A stretch of 32,000 nt of DNA, taken from assembly GCF_013415485.1 (NCBI RefSeq), contig NZ_JACBXS010000036.1:1-32000 (forward strand), in the 5' to 3' direction. Shown one piece after another: positions 31,708-32,000 of the stretch; the stretch's first letter is position 1; the number at the start of each line of letters is the position of its first letter. Source of the stretch: Rhabdonatronobacter sediminivivens. GTDB lineage: Bacteria; Pseudomonadota; Alphaproteobacteria; Rhodobacterales; Rhodobacteraceae. Under the pieces are notes generated by a model. The model ran no database searches. It was not told the DNA's origin and saw nothing but the letters and a program-made list of their open reading frames with translations. A program made the position numbers and the translations under genes.

Positions 31708-32000
31708 GATGAGGACGATCGGATCGCCGGGGCGGTTTTCGCCCTTCCGGCTGCTGCGGGTGCTGCGCTTCGGGCTGGCGCGGCGGCGCAACCGCGCCCC
31801 TCTGCCCGCGCCGCTGCGCGCGCTGGAGACCCTGCGCCGCAAGCATGATGAGCTGGGGTTCACCGCCCCCGTCCAGACCGAGCTGGCCGCGGTCGCGGCG
31901 ACCTCACGCAACCCCGCGCAACGGGCGCTGGCGCGGCTCTATCTGGCCCGCATGGCGCTGGAGGAGACCGACCCCCCTACCGTGATCGACCCCCGCCCCA
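31708..32000 (+). CDS. 5' end of a further gene running off the right edge, possibly another glycosyltransferase
   Basis: Not in the track because no stop falls in the window. MRTIGSPGRFSPFRLLRVLRFGLARRRNRAPLPAPLRALETLRRKHDELGFTAPVQTELAAVAATSRNPAQRALARLYLARMALEE. Strong G/C third-position bias. It resembles the region just after the N-module of the GT2 at 1-2230 (AALRLRRLALGFTRRVQEDL...ARAALELGCLYL). The exact start is uncertain. Confidence 0.5.

Noticed and set aside
1-32000. Mobile elements, genomic-island borders, tRNA/ncRNA genes, defence systems
   Set aside because: I saw no transposase, integrase or recombinase-like ORFs and no terminal inverted repeats. I saw no tRNA-like cloverleaf regions and no nuclease, helicase, toxin-antitoxin or restriction-modification-type motifs. 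Visibly lower GC in pepM, the NeuB fusion and the 5' end of the 1017-aa gene hints at mosaic origin. I cannot quantify this without computation, so no horizontal-transfer call is made.

Overview
High-GC window, probably alphaproteobacterial and Rhodobacterales-like (inferred from codon bias and a DUF2793/GTA-type tail-fibre gene). Almost all of it is a surface-glycan or glycoconjugate biosynthesis island. No rRNA, tRNA, CRISPR, transposase or integrase was seen. Layout: (i) a minus-strand block holds a GT2 glycosyltransferase (runs off the left edge, absent from the ORF track), ugd, and a coiled-coil methyltransferase-like protein. (ii) A small orphan phage/GTA-like tail-fibre module follows: DUF2793 protein, a small ORF, and a chaperone-like ORF. 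(iii) A long plus-strand operon opens with a Fom1/Fom2/FomC-like trio: cytidylyltransferase-PEP mutase fusion, phosphonopyruvate decarboxylase, and Fe-alcohol dehydrogenase. This trio is predicted to make CMP-activated 2-hydroxyethylphosphonate. It is followed by large multidomain proteins of 880, 799 and 1716 aa that combine KpsC/KpsS-like, TPR, kinase-like, GT9-like and sulfotransferase-like domains, plus two methyltransferases. (iv) A convergent minus-strand operon encodes a methyltransferase, a 1017-aa TPR protein with a sialyltransferase/Maf-like C-domain, an IMPase/CysQ-like phosphatase, a NeuB-family synthase with an extra N-terminal transferase-like domain, and two NeuA-family cytidylyltransferases. 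Four of the large proteins share the same ~85-aa N-terminal module. The two KpsC/S-like genes share a 149-bp near-identical DNA tract. The very long antisense ORFs in the track are high-GC artefacts. All homology calls come from motif recognition by eye; no database search was run.
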